A stretch of DNA of 64,000 bases from Octopus vulgaris (taxonomy: Eukaryota), in the NCBI GenBank assembly GCA_951406725.2, contig OX597836.1:4030001-4094000 (forward strand), read 5' to 3'. Both the position numbers and the translations under genes were made by a program. Positions 43,202-56,484 of the stretch are shown here, one piece after another. The stretch's first letter is position 1. Each line of letters opens with the position of its first letter. Under the pieces are notes generated by a model. That model did no database searches. It was not told where the DNA came from and saw nothing but the letters and a program-made list of their open reading frames with translations.

Positions 43202-43763
43202 ACTTTGCAATTTTTTGTGAGCGTCAAAATAAACACCTTTTGTTTATGGAAGATTCAAGCATTTCTCCATTTTCTGAGTTTGTTTGTGTTTGTCAACCAT
43301 CACTGATTGTCAACCAGTGTAAGTTCATTTACATCCCTCTGACATGGTGCTTCGCCAACAAAGATGATGAGCTATATGCTGGCTTCAGTTCAAAAATATT
43401 AAGCTCTTATTGACCGTAGTCCCCTCACTGATATAAGTGAATCGATAAAAAATATTGAGGACGGATTTCATGTATAACCTTTGCACACTCATAAACGTAT
43501 GCACACTCTCTCACACATACTCACACTCACACACACAGACACACACTCACACACAAAAACACACAAAAAAAAGACATACATTCTTTTATTCTTTTATTCT
43601 TTTACATGCTTCAGCCCTCTCGGAAGCAAAGTGGAATTCGTGAAAACCAGACGGATGGCGACATTATTTAAACAAGCATAGCTTGATAATATGACGCAAA
43701 TGTTTTCATATCTTTATTTCTTTATTCCTTTATTTGTTAATACATACCGCAACACACGTGTAT

Positions 43764-43822
<59 letters not shown>

Positions 43823-44504
43823 TGCCTGTTCTGAAATGTTGTCTATTCGTATTATTCAACACAATTATATATATAAGGTTATTCTATCTATCTATCTATC
43901 TATATTTCTTTCTTTCTTTCTTTTTCTTTTTTTTCTTTCTTTCTCTCTCTCTCTCTACTCATATATATATGTACACATATAGATAAAACATACATATATA
44001 TACGTACACACATTCACCCTCATACACACATACATATGTGTGTCCTTTGTATGCGAACCTTTGGTGTGTGTGTGTGTGTGTGCGTTTGTGTGTGTGTCTT
44101 TGTGCGTGTGCTTGTACGTACGCTAGTGTCTATCTGTGTGTATGTGTGTGCTTGTATGCTCATATATACCTTATTATTGAATAATTTCCAACCAACAATA
44201 ATATCTATGTTTATATTTAAGCTTTACCATTTTATTTCGCAACTCATTTTAGAGTATTAAAATCTAGATAGACGAGACCATTTACATTTTCATATCGTCT
44301 AGAGTTTCATTAAATAATTAGTAGTAGATAATGTTTTATGTTCCTTTTCATTTTATAGACATGATTTACTTTAAGAGAAAGTAATAGGTAGAGTTTCGTT
44401 TTTTATGTAACGATAAATACAATTCATCTACAAATCACAACACTTTCTCTTTTTTGCCTCTTTAGGTAGATTTCTGTCTGTTTAAAGTTATATCTGTTAA
44501 AATA

Positions 44505-45120
44505 AGGCAGCGAGCTGGCAGAATCGTTAACACGCCGGGTGAAATGCTTAGTGGTATTTCGTCAGCGGCCACGTTCTGAGTTCAAATTCCGCCGAGGTCG
44601 ACTTTGCCTTTCATCCTTTTGGGATCGAATAAATAAGTACCAGTTAGGCACTGGGGTCGACATAATCGACTTAATCCGTTTGTCTGTCCTCGTTTGTCCT
44701 CTCTGTGTTTAGCTCCTTGTGGGTAGGAAAGAAAACGTATTTCGGCCGTCTTTACGTTCTGAGTTCAAATTCCTCCGAGGTCGATGTAGCATTTCATCCT
44801 TTCGGGGTCGGAAAACTAAATACTAGTTTCGTACTGGAATCGATCTAATTGACTGGTCCCCCCTCTCCCAAAATTTCGCGCCTTGTGCCCAGAGTAAAAA
44901 AAAAAATAATAATCAGGCGGTGAGCTGGCAGAATCGTTAGCATGCAGGGTGAAATGCTTAGTGGCGTTTCGTCCGACTTTACCTTCTGAGTTCAAATTCT
45001 GCCCAGGTCGACTTCGCCTTTCGTCCTTTCGGGGTCGAAAAATTAAATACCAATTGCATACTGGAGTCAATCCTATCAATTGGCCCTCTGTCATACAATT
45101 TCGAGCATAGTGTCTAGAGC
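44505..45120 (+). mobile_element. Three tandem SINE family B copies
   Basis: The TTCTGAGTTCAAATTC..GGTCGA block occurs at ~44575, ~44757 and ~44984. Confidence 0.9.
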
Positions 45121-45614
45121 GTGTCCCACGGTACGCAGTCCCTAATTGTTTTTATCGACACCTAAAAGCAATGTTTCCACTGTTTCTCGAAGGAGTGTCG
45201 TTCAGTGCAAATTCGATCAGTTATGTTGCGTCAAATTCGGAAAACATTTACAGTGTAGGTTCAATAGGGAGATTCGTAAATAATCAGAGCTTTCTCTCTT
45301 GTCCCCGTTTAAGAAAATAAAATTTATCTGTTCGAAAGGCAAAGGCTTTGGTGTCTTTCCAAAGGCCTAAGCCACTTGGTACGCAAAAGTCAACCATAGA
45401 GTACGTTACACCTAAACGGTTAATGCATTCCTTTCGCTGTCTACGCACACACATAATATATATGTGTGTGTGTGTGTGCGTGTACATATAATCTGAGAGA
45501 TGCCTGTATACCTATATCTACATACATGCTTACATAAACACACACACATACGCATATATATGTATACATGCACACACAAACGCATATTCATGCACGAATG
45601 TATTTATGTATATA

Positions 45615-46233
45615 TAGTAATCCCTCGAATTGGAGGCGCAATGGCCCAGTGGTTAGGGCAGCGGACTCGCGGTCGTAGGATCGCGGTTTCGATTCCCAGA
45701 CCGGGCGTTGTGAGTGTTTATTGAGCGAAAACACCTAAAGCTCCACGAGGCTCCGACAGGGATGGTGGTGATCCCTGCTGTACTCTTTCACCACAACTTT
45801 CTCTCACTCTTACTTCCTGTTTCTGTTGTACCTGTATTTCAAAGGGCCGGCCTTGTCACTCTCTGTGTCACGCTGAATATCCCCGAGAACTACGTTAAGG
45901 GTACACGTGTCTGTGGAGTGCTCAGCCACTTACACGTTAATTTCACGAGCAGGCTGTTCCGTTGATCGGATCAGCTGGAACCCTCGTCGTCGTGACCGAC
46001 GGAGTGCTTCCACAATCCCTCGAATATCGCGAGTGTAACGTTCTAAACCCCACCGGGATAGGGGAAAATCCGCGAAGTAGAAACAGTACTGTACTGTATA
46101 GTTTTAAAAAAAATATTTTTACAAATGGATATATTCATTTTATTATAAATGCAAAACAACACCAGGGAGGAATCCAGGTAAGCTTAAATAAGAAACCGCG
46201 ATAGGTGAACCGCGATATGGTGAGGGATTAATG
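45615..46233. mobile_element. Tigger/pogo-like MITE with a SINE inserted in its left TIR
   Basis: Reconstructed left end TA-TAGTAATCCCTCGAATATCGCG versus right-end reverse complement TA-CATTAATCCCTCACCATATCGCG; TA flanks. Confidence 0.7.
45631..46013 (+). mobile_element. Full-length young tRNA-derived SINE (head A) with 12-bp TSD
   Basis: TSD AATCCCTCGAAT at 45619-45630 and 46014-46025; A-box TGGCCCAGTGG, B-box-like GGTTTCGATTCCC. Confidence 0.92.
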
Positions 46234-46966
46234 TATATGTATTGTAACACCGCCATTCGTTGTATGAGCACCGGCACGTGATCCTTTTAGTTTCGACGAA
46301 GGAATTAAATACACTTCCGTTGCAATACACCTCCTCTACCGTTTTATATTGAGTACATTTACCTTCCGCAAAGACGCACAAACATGTATATATATGAGAA
46401 AGTGTGTATGTTATATATACATAAATCTAGATATATCTACACGCGCATAATACATACATACATACATACATATGTCTACAAATGTGTATATTTCGATTCG
46501 AGAGTTTTCTATATTTTTGTGTATATCAATATTAACGTGTAAGTAAATACGTATGTATGTATGTATGTATGTATGTATGTATGTATGTATGTATGTATGT
46601 ACGTACTCAGGTATCATATATACGTCTACATATGCCATAGCTGTTGTGACTTCTCATTAATACACAGATAGTGTGTTTTATTTCTTTTAAAAAAAGTATA
46701 TAACGCAGGCATCATTTCCATCTAACAATTCAATTTTCCTGCTCCAAGTTTCGTTATGTTGTTTGCCTTATTTCTTCGAATCTAATAATCCACTTTCAGA
46801 CTTAATGGCATGACAGATCAAAAAGTCAATATATATTATGTACATCGCCTGGAAAATCGTGTTTTCTTTTTTTTTTGGGGGGGGGGGGTAAAAGCTGGTG
46901 TATTTTGTCGTTTATATGTATATACGTGTACGTATGTATGAATGTATACATATACATTTGTATATG

Positions 46967-47045
<79 letters not shown>

Positions 47046-47150
47046 GTATATGTATGTATGTATATATATGTATATGTATGTATATATATATATGTATGTA
47101 TATATCTATATGTATATATGCATATATTTATATATATGTATATATATTTT

Positions 47151-47183
<33 letters not shown>

Positions 47184-47194
47184 CATACATATAC

Positions 47195-47228
<34 letters not shown>

Positions 47229-47247
47229 GTATGTATATACATACATG

Positions 47248-47419
47248 TCAACTCATTATCCAGAATGTATAACCCAGCAATACATCTTAGGTAAAAGCAG
47301 CGATGTTTCTTGAGAGTAACATTATGTATGTATATATATGTATATGTATGTATATATATATATGTATGTATATATCTATATGTATATATGCATATATTTA
47401 TATATATGTATATATATTT

Positions 47420-47451
<32 letters not shown>

Positions 47452-47476
47452 CATACATATACATATATATACATAC

Positions 47477-47510
<34 letters not shown>

Positions 47511-47614
47511 GTATATGTATGTATGTATATATATGTATATGTATGTATATATATATATGTATGTATATATCTATATGTATATATGCATATATTTATATAT
47601 ATGTATATATATTT

Positions 47615-47645
<31 letters not shown>

Positions 47646-47750
47646 GTGTATGTATATATATGTATATGTATAAATATATATATGTGTATGTATATATGTA
47701 TAAATATATATATGTATATGTATATATGTATAAATATATATATGTATATA

Positions 47751-47783
<33 letters not shown>

Positions 47784-47985
47784 TTTGTGTGTGTGTGTTT
47801 AGTTTTGTGATTTTGGCATGGCATGACGCCCGCGCACTCATGATATAATTTGACATGGTTGCCAACCTGAAGGCAAGACTATATATAACGAAAGAAACGT
47901 GTTGAACATAATGTTACTCTCAAGAAACATCGCTGCTTTTACCTAAGATGTATTGCTGGGTTATACATTCTGGATAATGAGTTGA
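47248..47985. repeat. Perfect 80-bp inverted repeat (47248-47327 / 47906-47985) around a microsatellite-rich spacer
   Basis: TCAACTCATTATCCAG...GTAACATTATGT versus ACATAATGTTAC...CTGGATAATGAGTTGA. Confidence 0.95.
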
Positions 47986-48339
47986 ATGTAAGGAATAGAA
48001 AATAAAATAAAATTGAAACATTGGTTACTATAAGACCGTGGAAGGCTTTATCTGATATAGCTATATACATACATGCATATATATACATATATGTTTATAT
48101 ATATGTATATATATATATATGTATACGTATATATGTGTGTGTATGTATATATGTACATAAACATATATATATGTATATATATGTATATATATATATGATA
48201 AATAAATATATATTGGATTTTGTGTTTTCCTCAACATAACCGCGGGTAATAGCAAATTAAATGAGTATAGGGATTTTTTTAGATCATATTAATGATGTTG
48301 ATCAATGCAAACAAAAATTGTTATAGCAATAACAATAGC

Positions 48340-48437
<98 letters not shown>

Positions 48438-48454
48438 TAACAGTAATAATGATA

Positions 48455-48885
48455 ATAGCCGCCCTCATCAACACTGAAAATAGTGTAACGAAAGAAAAAT
48501 TTAAACAAGATATGAACAAAGAAAAAAAAGGGAAAGCATGTAAGAAAACGATAACGTACGGTGAGTTTGCTAGAGATATGAACGCTAAGACAGATAAAGA
48601 AGAATGTTGGCTATGGATAAGGAAGAGTGACCTGCAGATAGAGACAGATGCACTCATATACGCAGCTGAGGAACAAGTAATTGGTATACTTGGAAGTTTC
48701 AGTAGTCAACTACCAACATGTCTGAAAAAGATCGGTGCAAATATCAAGGTAGAACACTTACAAAAATCAGAATTGCTTGGAACTGCAAGAATTCTTCGCA
48801 GGGTTCTTGAAGCATGACCAGTAAACTAGTGTCACGTTAGTGTGACTCTTTCCATCATACCCAGCAAAATAAGCTCTGAGATTTC

Positions 48886-48890
<5 letters not shown>
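48455..48890 (+). mobile_element. R4/Dong-type (RLE) LINE remnant, internally deleted, inside (TAA)n
   Basis: YGEFARDM..CWLWIRKSDLQIETDALIYAAEEQ fused to VIGILG..HLQKSELLGTARILRRVL*. Confidence 0.8.
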
Positions 48891-48915
<25 letters not shown>

Positions 48916-48916
<1 letters not shown>

Positions 48917-49184
48917 GGAACCTGAAAACAGAAACAATTCCTATCACAGTAGGTGCATTAGGCATGATAAAAAAATATTCAGACAAATACATAACAAAAA
49001 CACCAGGACTTACAAACACATATAACATACAGAAAATTGCACTACTAGGCACTGCACACATCCTACGCAGAACACTTTCCATACAATAACCATCAGAGCA
49101 TCACAACAAATCACAGCACATACCCAAGGCACACAGAGCTGCGCTCGGTAGGGAAGTGAAAGCACGCTATAAAAAATAAAACTA

Positions 49185-49187
<3 letters not shown>
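48916..49187 (+). mobile_element. Second R4/Dong-type LINE 3' end inside (TAA)n
   Basis: WNLKTETIPITVGALGMIKK..NIQKIALLGTAHILRRTLSIQ* followed by a short 3' UTR and (AAT)n. Confidence 0.85.
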
Positions 49188-49252
<65 letters not shown>

Positions 49253-49282
49253 GAAGAAGAAGAATAATAATAATAAGAAGAA

Positions 49283-49313
<31 letters not shown>

Positions 49314-49951
49314 AAGAAGAAGAAGAATGGGAAGGAAAGGTGACGGAGGGGGAAGCAGAGAAGGATACAGAGAAGAAGGAAGAGGAGGGAAAGAAGGAGG
49401 GGAAGAGAAAGAGAAGTGATCGGTGAATTTTCGAATTACATAAAACATCTTTGACAATTAAACCGGTATGCATGCAGGAACATCCGGAAGCACGGATCAC
49501 GAATATACACAGATGGCAACACGTTTGCGCGTAGAAATAGATATACGCTTACACATTTTTGAACACACATAATGCTTTTATATATACATATGCATACATA
49601 CACACATACATAAATGTGTATTGGTATGTGTGTATGTGTGTATATAGATATATATCTATGGATGTAGGTATGTTTGTATATATAAATATACATACATAAT
49701 ATACATATATTAATAAACATTTATAGAGAGAAACTGAGGTTATGAGAGTTAATGGTGTCAATAAGACCCAAAGGTTTCAGGTAATGCTGAGTAAGTGCTA
49801 TGGATAGATTATAGTTAAGCTCCAGGGTCGGTGATTATCCGAATAAAGAGTCTAACGTAGGTCATATATCAGCATGTGCAAATATATAAAATTTTAATAG
49901 AATGAAATAAGAATCCAAAGCTCTGAAAGATTTCAGAACATTTATAAAGAG

Positions 49952-49999
49952 GTCTTACAGCTATTTCAGGTATATTTTATATATTCCTTCATTGGGGAC
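49952..49999 (-). ncRNA. Degenerate hammerhead (left arm)
   Basis: Reverse complement: GTCC-CCAATGA-AGGAATAT..ATATACCT-GAAAT-agct-GTA-AGAC. Confidence 0.55.
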
Positions 50000-50394
50000 G
50001 GTGTGAGAAAATGGTTAAGCAATGGTTCTTCTAGATAACATATGAAATATAGTGTGAAGTGGAGGAATGAAAATAGACCTGAGAAATGCAGGGATATTAT
50101 ATCTGCAGTTTAATTATTTAGGCAGAACGGTATACATATAAGATGATTGTGAGTAAATTCCAATAGCATTTAAAATTGGTCATTCCAAACACAGATTTTG
50201 TAAACGACCAATTCTAAATAGTATTGGAACTTACTCACAACGTACAGGAATCTTATATGTATACCATATAAATTAGAGAAATTTTATATGTATACAATAT
50301 CCCTGCATATCTCACGTCTATTTTCATTCCTCCACTTCACTCTTTATTTCATATCTTATCTCGAATAATAATTGCTTAACTGTTTTCTGACATC

Positions 50395-50442
50395 ATCTCC
50401 GTTGAAGGGATATATAAAATATCCCGGAAACAGCTGTAAGAC
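50395..50442 (+). ncRNA. Degenerate hammerhead (right arm)
   Basis: ATCT-CCGTTGA-AGGGATAT-ataaa-ATATCCCG-GAAAC-agct-GTA-AGAC. Confidence 0.6.
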
Positions 50443-50599
50443 ATTCTCTTTAGAAATGTTCTAAAATCTAGCATGACCGCAGTCAAATGACTGAAACAAG
50501 TAAAAGAGTAAAAGAGTAAAAGAGCCTTGGATTTTTATCTCATTCTGTTAAAATTGCTTATGTATAGCTATATACATATATACACATTCATATACATAT

Positions 50600-50702
<103 letters not shown>

Positions 50703-52371
50703 CTTTATTTATGGGTCAAGTCTACCATTGGTTTCATTCTAAGCAAATTATAAACGCATTTCGCCCGGCGTGCTAGCGTTTCTGCCAGCTTGCTTTATTC
50801 AGCCTGACTAGGATTGTGACAAGACTGAACTTTTGAAATACAAGTACAGTTCATCTTTGCCAAAAGAACAGACTGGGGGAACATGAAATATAGTGTCAAG
50901 AATGCGCAGCCAGAAATCGAACCCACGACGTTAGGCTCGTGAACTGAAAATCCAAACCACCATGCCATATACATACAAATACATATATGTGTGTGTGTGT
51001 GTGTGTATGTTAGTGTGTGTGCGTGTGCATGTATTTAAGTATGTATGTCTTTAATTGACACAGAAACAGGAAACGAATTCAGGTAAGAGCCTCTGGTCTT
51101 CTGCTTACGGTATATTAGTGTAGAAGACAAAACGGTAAATGTAAGTGACAGGTGAGTATCTTGTCCTCCGATAATTCAAGCTGGATTTTGTGATATGAGA
51201 TTTCCTTAAGAGATATTAACTGTGTAACTCAATGTCATTTACATTTATTTTTTAAAAATTTCATTCAAACTTATGCAGTGAAAATAATATATCGAAAATG
51301 ACTTTTCACTTAAGTATGTTTAACAGAAAGTTAAAGAAAGAAAAATAAAAGAAGAGCCGGAAACTCTGTTTCGTACAAGCATTGAGTAAAGAAAGTATTA
51401 ATCGGATTGACAGAAAGAAAATTCAGCCCCGATCTAAATCATGTTTTTATAAGCGAAATATTCGCCGCCATATCGATCAGAGACGATTAACTCGTATTTT
51501 CGAATGACGGAAGAATATGCGGAGAAGGTAAGTCTTCCTAAAGCGGAATCAGAAAATGCTTTTATCATAAAATGGCAAAACGAAGTTTCCGATAAGAGAA
51601 AAAAAAAAAAAAAAAAGGAGAGGAAGGAATCAAGAATTTGAAGAATCGGTACAGTTGCAGAGTCTTTTAGGGCAAGAAAAATAAGTATTACTTTTAACTT
51701 TTAACATTTCTTTTACATTTACCATTTGAATTCAAATCTGTGACAGCGTATAACTAAAACGGATGAAGGAATTTTGGATTTTACACTCTTCATGCAAATG
51801 TATATCATCTTTCTGAATATAATTCCCGGTCCTGTTCTGATGCGAACTAAAGAATTGTTAAAATCGAAACACATTCACAGATAACAGAAAACCTCTTTTC
51901 AATAGAAAAAGGGCTTAAATTCTTTTTCTCAAATTAAACAATAAAATGAGGATATAAGATAAATCTTATACACATTTGACAAGAAGTTCTCGAAGAGGTG
52001 GAAATAAGCCGAAACAACTGTTGTGAGTGTTATTCAACGATCTAGAAATAGCAAGCAACTATTCTTCCGCATAGACTTTAGTTCATAACTGCAAGTTTTA
52101 AATAGTCCTTGTGTAGAAAATAGCCAGAGAGGTGAATTTTGGCATGTCTGAGATAGAATTCTTCGTTTGAGCCCGTTTCGTTGTAAACTAAACTAACAAC
52201 ATGCGTACAAACACGCAGACGTACATATGTATACATTCACACAAGTAAAGATCGTGTATATATCTCAATCGAATTATATTTGTCTCTCATAAATTCTCTT
52301 CCAACCTCTCTGTTTCACAATCTATCTATCTATCTATCTGTATATATACATACACACACACACACACACAC

Positions 52372-52395
<24 letters not shown>

Positions 52396-52417
<22 letters not shown>

Positions 52418-52855
52418 AAATTAGAAATGGAGTCCAAAACAATATATTGAGCAATTAAATAATTTAATCATTAAATAATAAATTCAATCCAATTTAGTAT
52501 GTTATACAAACGTCACATCTCGTAAATTACAGCTGTTTCAACGCCATTAATGAAAACCCGTTTTTCAAGAATAATAAAATACAATTTTAAATATAATGTG
52601 GCTTCATCAGGTGCTGGAATGTTAAATACCTACAATCCACTCTAAATTTGTCCTTTATTTATAACCCAATGCCCAATGTGAGGTAATGACCAAGAATATT
52701 TATAAATTTTGGATAATCCTGTCTTAAGAATTTTTGCTCTGTAATAAAGAATACTTTGCACTCCTCAGTAGAGATAAACCAATAATATATAATACATATA
52801 CATACCGATAAATTTTTGCGTACAGATACCAATATATACAAAAATTTCCCGCGTA
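52396..52855 (-). mobile_element. Penelope-like remnant: traces of GIY-YIG followed by a hammerhead-like pLTR, ending at (TA)n
   Basis: Minus-strand FVYIGICTQKF and STEECKVFFI traces upstream of a CTGATGA..GAAAC-agct-GTA motif. Confidence 0.5.
52524..52614 (-). ncRNA. Hammerhead-like motif with intact core but poor stem I
   Basis: Reverse complement: GCAC-CTGATGA-AGCCA..TGGCGTT-GAAAC-agct-GTA-ATTT. Confidence 0.5.
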
Positions 52856-52975
52856 TACATCACATCTAATCGCCCATCTCGGCCACGTTGTTAATGTCAA
52901 AAATCATATTGGGTAAATATAGTCCCGCAGAGACTAGATAGATAGATATACATATATATATACATCTACATCTAC

Positions 52976-53010
<35 letters not shown>

Positions 53011-53167
53011 AGGATAACTGTGTATATACAAGTGTATATATACACACACTTAAAAACAAATAGTTGTACATGTTTATATATACACATGCACATCTCTCTC
53101 TCTCTCTCTCTCGCTTCCTATATATATATATACATACATTACATATATAATATATATATATCATATA

Positions 53168-53400
53168 TATTTCTTTATTGCCCACAAGGGGCTAAACATA
53201 GAGGGGACAAACAAAGACAGGCAAAGGGATTAAGTCGATTACATCGACCCCAGTGCGTAACTGATATTTTATTTATCGACTCCGAAAGAATGAAAGGCAA
53301 AGTCGACCTCGGCAGAATTTGAACTCAGAACGTAACAGCAGGCGAAATACGGCTACGCATTTCGCCCGGCGTGCTAACAGCTCTGCCAACTCGCCGCCTT
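53168..53400 (-). mobile_element. SINE family B, near full length
   Basis: Reverse complement of the 44505-44730 type sequence. Confidence 0.9.
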
Positions 53401-54047
53401 GATATATATATATATATCATATATGTAATATATGTATACACATATATATATACTTATATATATATACACACACATACATATATATACACACATATACATA
53501 CATATATCTATATATTTGCACATATATTTGTGTAACTATATATGCATCCGACGCGCACAAGTACACACATTTTTTTATATCGAGGTGTAAACGAAAAATG
53601 TCGAATATAAAGAAAGATTGAGCGTATTAAATTTTATTTTCCTTCCCTGATTCTTATGCCTGTCGATGTTAACAGGGAAATCATGCGTTCATGATTACGA
53701 CGTTAATCTTTTGGTTTTTTTCCCAATCCTTTATTCTTTTATATCCTTCCTTTTATAACTTTTGTATTTCTGTGGCTTACATAACTGGGTTAGGCGAAAT
53801 TTGTTTTGCAAAATTTTGTCACAATTATCTGAATTTTATTTAATCACCATTTATATTTTTCATTAAATTTTGATTACTTCTCCATCTTACTGCTAAATCA
53901 TGCTTACACTTCCCACAGTTATCTTCCATTTCTTCATGTTTCCCCTTTGTCTTCTGTATCACGATTTGTCACAGTTTTTTCTGCTGTTGATCATACGAAG
54001 GAATCGTCAAATTCCAGTTTAAAGTTAGTCAATTTTACCCCATATTC

Positions 54048-54131
<84 letters not shown>

Positions 54132-55580
54132 GTGTGTGTGTATGTGTGTGTGTGCGAGTGTGTTTGTGTGTGTGTGTATGGATGTATGTATCCACCTATG
54201 TCTTATATGTATGCCTTTATGTGTGTGTCTGTGTTTGTCCAGTCCACCATCGATTGACAACCGACGTTGGAGTGTTTACGTCACCGTGACTTTGTGCTTC
54301 GGCATAAGTGACCGATACACAGACTATGAAATAAATGCACAGACTGAACGTATAGGACATAGTTTGACTCAAATCTACAGATGTGATCAAATCTATCTCT
54401 TCTTTTCACTGACACCTCTTCTCTAGATGGATGTCTGACAGCTTAATGCTATTTTCTTCTTAATAGGATTCCGACACAAAATGCTATAAATCCGACGAGG
54501 TTGACGGTCATCAAGTTTGAGACACACACACTGACCACTCGGATCCTTTACTCTCCACACGATTTCCAACTAAATATTACACAGAAGGAAAATATTTGCA
54601 CAAAATTCTACAAATAGGAACGATCAAGGTATTATTGGCACCGCGGGTGGTGCCTTCTCTCCAGAGGCAAATTTGCCTACGTAGGAAACGAAATTTCCCG
54701 GATGCTCAACCGGAGCAGTGCTGCAGCAGCAGCAACCGTCAATACAGATTGACTCAAACGGGTTCTAATAAACAATGGCAACCCGCCATGTTTTACAAAA
54801 TGCAAAAAGAACGATATATATCCAAGGAAAATCAACACTTCCATATATGGCATGTGTTCTCCAAAAAATTCTGCGATTCGATGACAGAACCATTGCTGCT
54901 ATTCACTGAGCGATCAATGCAAAGCAACCGGAGACAAGTGATAGACGATAGATTCTGTTTCATGTTTGGAAAAGTTTCTATCTGGAAAATCAATCTATAG
55001 TTATCTAGGAGATGTGCGCATTGGGTAACTGCGTCATCGTGTATATGAATAGATTTTTTATGAGCTCACTGGGACGTCTGCAAGTCTGGCGGATACTTCC
55101 ATCCGAAAGACGCTTATCCGCTTCAAAGAATGCAAAGACGGAGATAAAAGAGGAAAGAACAAAAGAATTGGAGCACCGAGGACTTTTCAATTTGTGTTAA
55201 GGCACAGAACGCAACGTCAGCAGTTCGAGGATCAAATCAGTTCTCTTCATTCATAAAGGGAACAAAAGCAAAGGGAAGCAAGAGCAAATGTGATTTACTC
55301 GGGTTGGGTTCGTAATCGCACCAATACAATTCTGCGTTATATCATAACGCTGCCAATCACACATGTCTAAGTAATTGATGCCAGCTCGACTTCATCATCC
55401 TCCATTTTCTCCCAGCCAAAGCGCATTAGACTAAAGATACAGAAATATAAAAGCAAAGTGCAAACTCTTGTTTCGACATTACTTTTGTTTTCAATCATTC
55501 ATTTCAATTTGTATTAGATTGGCTTTTGACCAATTGCGACCTTATAGTCATACTTACACACGCACACACACACATACACG

Positions 55581-55620
<40 letters not shown>

Positions 55621-55781
55621 CATGCATGATACACACGTATACATATATCTAAAATGTAATATAACTTCTATACAGGAGCAGATTGGTAAATTCATAACCA
55701 AATTAATGGAAGTCCTTAGAACCACTGCGATGAATATATGAATTAGTTGACGACTTTCCAATAAATATATATATATATATA

Positions 55782-55818
<37 letters not shown>

Positions 55819-56484
55819 ATCTGAATTCAATTTGCTTCTGTAATTTTACTGACGAAAGCACTGAATTATAACAAGTTCTTCAAATTCGTATATAAAGTTA
55901 TTGAGTGAAAATTTCGCCATGTTAGGAACTCAGTACATTTCAACGTAATCACTTTCTTTTATTGGTTTCTCTATGATATTGAAAATATTCCATCAAATGT
56001 GAACAATTCCTATTTAGTAAGTACTCGCACCATAGATAAATATAGATTTCGGTGTTTTGAAGTTAATAAATGTTATAACATGTTTGGAAGAGAGATAAAT
56101 GTTTAAAGCACATTACAGTGTTTGAAACACAAGGATATGTTACGAATAAGACTAAATGATCAGAGCACAAAAGACATTTAAAACTTTAAGCAGAAGTCGA
56201 CACAAGAAACAAGTTTTTGGCATAAAAATATTTGCAGCAAAGAGAAATATTTACACCAAAAGAGAAATGTTTGCAGCACATAGACATTTATATAACACAC
56301 AACAATCAATTGTTTAAAATAGAAACGAACTTCTAGAACAAGTATATTGTTTTATTCTCTTATTCTATTATTCTTTTATTCATTGACTTGTTTCAGTTAT
56401 GTGAGAGTGGCGATGTAGGAGTACCGCCTTGGATGGTGTAAGTCGAACAAATCTACATAAATTCATTATGTTTTTTTACGTATA

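Larger units (their letters stand above)
49890..50555. mobile_element. Old inverted pLTR pair (foldback, ~300-bp diverged arms) with hammerhead remnants; SINE tail inserted at ~50470-50520
   Basis: GTGAAGTGGAGGAATGAAAATAGAC / GTCTATTTTCATTCCTCCACTTCAC and other mirrored blocks; centre near 50192. Confidence 0.8.

Noticed and set aside
45631-45705. tRNA-Arg-like sequence as a real tRNA gene
   Set aside because: It is the SINE head: it continues into a SINE body bounded by a TSD and lacks a proper acceptor stem
46060-46075. GAAAC-agtact-GTA palindromic stem-III look-alike
   Set aside because: No CTGANGA upstream; lies inside the MITE
51985-52030. TCGAAGA-ggt..gcc-GAAAC-aact-GTT
   Set aside because: Core mismatched, stem III not palindromic, and stem I does not pair
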